A DNA stretch of 64,000 nucleotides, taken from contig CAVTTN010000002.1 in assembly GCA_963737655.1 (NCBI GenBank), forward strand, positions 352,001 to 416,000, in the 5' to 3' direction. Position numbers and translations under genes: made by a program. Position 1 is the first letter of the stretch; each line of letters starts with the position of its first letter. The notes under the pieces are model-generated. The model was given only the letters and a program-made list of their open reading frames with translations. It was not told the DNA's origin and did not search any database. Shown here piece after piece: positions 61,163 through 64,000 of this stretch. The stretch is from an uncultured Planctomycetota bacterium. GTDB lineage: Bacteria > Planctomycetota > Planctomycetia > Isosphaerales > Isosphaeraceae.

Positions 61163-61426
61163 ATGAATCGAGACGGTCCCGCCTCCGCGACGGTCCTTTC
61201 GGACCTCCCCGAGCCCGTCGAGCGGATCATGCCGCCGGAGTTCGCCGAGGAGCTCGCCGGCCTGAGGGCCTAGGGCGAATTCCAGGCCCGGATCGACGAC
61301 CTGGCCGAGAAGTCCAATGAGGGCGGGCTGACCGAAGACGAGGCGGCCGAGCCTCGCGCGATCATCGACGCCATCGACGTCCTGAGCCTCCTGCAGGCCA
61401 AGGCCCGATCGGCGATCGCCGGCTGA
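61163..61426 (+). pseudogene. Small antitoxin-like gene with an in-frame TAG
   Basis: MNRDG...FAEELAGLRA*GEFQARIDDLAEKSNEGGLTEDE...IDVLSLLQAKAR; TAG at 61271-61273. Its TGA overlaps an ATG (TGATG) that opens only a 16-codon frame. Confidence 0.65.
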
Positions 61427-61457
61427 TGGACGTCGAGAAGTGGGGTTCGGAGACGCG

Positions 61458-62177
61458 TCACGCCAATTTGATGTGATAGTTGATGTGGGGCGAAAAGCCG
61501 TCGCGAACTCGGGCCTTCGCGTGAAAACCCTTCCCGGTAGAAAAGCTCTCGGCAACATACCGCTCAACCCAATCGGGTTTCTTGAGTCCCATCCACCACG
61601 TTCGCAGATGAGGAAAATTATCCCGAGAGATACTCTTCACGACCCAGTCTTGGCTCTCCGTTTTATCTTTGTGCGCCGTGCCATACATGCCGTTAATATT
61701 CACGGCGATATGCTTTCCGGGCTGACTCCACCGCGCGCGTTTCCAGCGTCCCAAAGCGTCCTCGATGCTGCTCTTTGCTTCGCTCAGGAGCATGATGTGC
61801 GATGGGGGAGGGGGGACGTAAATGTTGGCTGGGTCCGGTGGCGCATCGGTGCCGCCCCGTGCGAGGACCGAGAGGGCCATGTCCAGGGAGAGATCCAATC
61901 CGCCTCTCTCCAGACTATTAATCGAGTTCAAAGCGGTCGCCTTGGCCTTGACCGCCTTGGGGGAGGGCGAATTCCAGTCGACTTTCCCCTTGGCGGCCCT
62001 GTACTTGTCGAGCAGGACTTCGGTCTGGGCGAACCAGAGAGTCAGCTCGTTGTACTTCTCCCACAAGCTGTCGAGATCGAGCGGCCCGAAGGGATACCGG
62101 TTCACGCCGTAGACGTAGGTTGAGTAGACCGGCAAGATGGCCGAGCTGAGGGACTGGCCCTCTTGCGCCGTCGTCAT
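61458..62177 (-). CDS. Orphan hypothetical protein in lower-GC DNA
   Basis: Open frame from MTTAQ (ORF track extends it to 62468), with visibly more A/T-rich codons than the flanking genes. No recognisable motif. Confidence 0.5.
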   Translation of the reverse strand: MTTAQEGQSLSSAILPVYSTYVYGVNRYPFGPLDLDSLWEKYNELTLWFAQTEVLLDKYRAAKGKVDWNSPSPKAVKAKATALNSINSLERGGLDLSLDMALSVLARGGTDAPPDPANIYVPPPPSHIMLLSEAKSSIEDALGRWKRARWSQPGKHIAVNINGMYGTAHKDKTESQDWVVKSISRDNFPHLRTWWMGLKKPDWVERYVAESFSTGKGFHAKARVRDGFSPHINYHIKLA

Positions 62178-62930
62178 ATCGAGTCGCTGCTTGAGCCCCC
62201 GGATCACGGCGAGTTGTCCGAATAACGCGCGCTTTTTTCGGCGGCGCGGTCGGCTCGCTCGAACATCGCGCCGATGCCCTCGTAGGCCTGATCCGGCGGA
62301 TCGGCCAAGGCTTCCGGCCGGAGGGCGGCGATGCGTAACTTCGGGGCGAGAACGGACGGGGGAGCTTTCGTCACCCTGGCCCCACGGGCCCGGTGCTGCG
62401 CCGATGCGATCACTTTCGCCGAGCAGTCCCTCGATGTTCGGCCCGCCATCCTCGTCGTCGCCAGGCATGTCTCAGCTCCGATCGATTTCCCGCATTCGAT
62501 CTACCTCAGGCATGCAAGATATCCGGAAATACAAAAAATGCAAATTTTTCTCATATTTTGCAGACCCGTGCATTCCTGTAGGGATAGAAAATTGGATATT
62601 CTACATTTGATGAGAACAGAGGATTCAGGTTATGTAGGGAAGCAAAAAGGTAGCCGCGCCTTTGAGCATGACAATACCGGACAGACAGAACCCGAAAAGG
62701 GGACATTCTATTTTTTGACAAATATGGACTAGAGTTGTGTAACCATTAAAGCAAACGCATGTCAACCCCTTTACTTTTTGTTCCCCGAAGTCCGGCGCCT
62801 CCCGGCCTCCCGTCGGCACTCCCGACCCGGCGCCGGGCACGAACTGGGACGTCTCGCTTGCCCGATTGGTCGGGAATCTTCAGAATCTAGGGCGAGATCC
62901 GTTCCTTTCGCCCGAGGTCGTCGCGCCATC

Positions 62931-64000
62931 ATGGATTCCCGGCCCTCCCTTTATATTCTCGACTCGTTCTCCCGGATTTATCAGCTCTTCCATGCGATCC
63001 CCTTGATGACGTCGCCCACCGGCACTCCGGTGAACGTGGCGTTCGGGCTGTTCCGCGACCTCCTGAACCTGGCGAGGGTCCGCAAGCCGGATTATTTTGC
63101 CGCCGCGTTCGACGGCTCGGGACCGGTCTTCCGCTCGGAGATCTTTGCCGAGTACAAGACCAACCGCGGGCCCATGCCGGATGACCTCCGCCCCCAGATC
63201 GCCCTGGCCCGGCGCGTGTTCGAGGCGTTCCGCGTGCCGATCCTGATGCATGAGGGGGCCGAGGCCGACGACGTGATCGCTACACTTGCCATGAGGGGCG
63301 TCGAGCGAGGGATGGACGTCACCATCGTGACCTCGGACAAGGACGCCCGTCAGTTGCTTTCGGACCGCGTCCGCATCCTCAACCTTCGCGACAACAAGTT
63401 TTTGGACGTGGACGGGTTGAAGGCCGATTGGGGCGTCTCCCCGGCGCAGGTCGTGGACTTCCTGGCGCTCACCGGCGACTCGGTGGACAACGTGCCGGGC
63501 ATCCCGGGGATCGGCCCCAAGACCGCCACCAAATTGCTCGGCCAGTTCGGCGACCTGGAGACGTTACTGGCACGGTCCGACGAGGTCTCCGGCAAGAAGA
63601 TGGCCGAGAACCTCAAGACGCACGCCGAGATCGCCCGACGGGCCCGGACCCTCGTCGCGTTGAAGACCGACTTGCCCCTGGAACTCGACTGGGAGGCCCT
63701 GCGCTCCGACGGCTACGACCCCAAGGCCCTCAAGGCCATCTGCTTCGATTGCGGGTTCAAGGGGTTCCTCAACGAGATCGTCGAGACGGCCGCGCCCCCC
63801 CGGAATCGGTCTGGGACACCAAGGCGTATGAATCCGTGAACACCCCGGAGAAGTTCGCGGCGTTCCTCGACGCGCTCTCGAAGCAGACGAGATTCAGCTT
63901 CGACACCGAGACGACCTCCGTGGACCCGCTGAAGGCGGAGATCGTCGGCTATTCGTTCTCGTGGGACGAGGGATCGGCTTATTACGTGCCGGTCCGGGGG
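62931..64000 (+). CDS. polA: DNA polymerase I, 5' part; apparent frameshift in a C-run near 63795; runs off the window
   Basis: 5'-3' exonuclease motifs (YKTNR, EADDVIAT, DKD, LTGDSVDNVPGIPGIGPKTA), then FDTETT of the 3'-5' exonuclease domain in the shifted frame. Confidence 0.95.

Overview
This is a GC-rich chromosomal segment from a planctomycete, most consistent with Isosphaeraceae. That call is inferred from the LEPR-XLL-type signal peptide, the planctomycete-type hypothetical proteins and the gene content. The backbone is housekeeping: pheA, ribD, lpxA, hisH, a prepilin peptidase, aroK, aroDE, LysR-gltB-gltD, dnaK-clpB, rex, tRNA-Gln(UUG), leuCD, lipAB, accBC, citrate synthase and polA. 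At least eight genes, several of them core genes, carry small indels that look like long-read sequencing errors. The most unusual signal lies between genes. A GxxExxY (PD-(D/E)XK-like) nuclease gene separates gltB from gltD and sits in the loop of an imperfect inverted repeat built from ~9-bp ACGCAGA-like units. The same unit recurs without the gene, nested inside two ~210-230 bp composite fold-back elements (gltD/clpB and leuC/leuD junctions) and as a solo arm upstream of an M24 peptidase. I infer a candidate GxxExxY-associated family of mobile or intervening repeat cassettes. Several other palindrome families (GTAG REPs, heptamer hairpins, a GGGGTCAG hairpin) occupy other gene junctions. Other accessory items are a Uma2 nuclease flanked by two paralogous small proteins inside the dnaK-clpB run, an amber-interrupted HEPN-motif gene pair next to a PEP-CTERM remnant, two tandem methyltransferases resembling Rickettsia protein lysine methyltransferases (PKMT), two sigma54-type promoters, a cyclophilin-Ig-repeat surface protein, and a decayed toxin-antitoxin locus followed by a lower-GC orphan ORF before polA. 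No searches were run, so family assignments come from motif recognition only.
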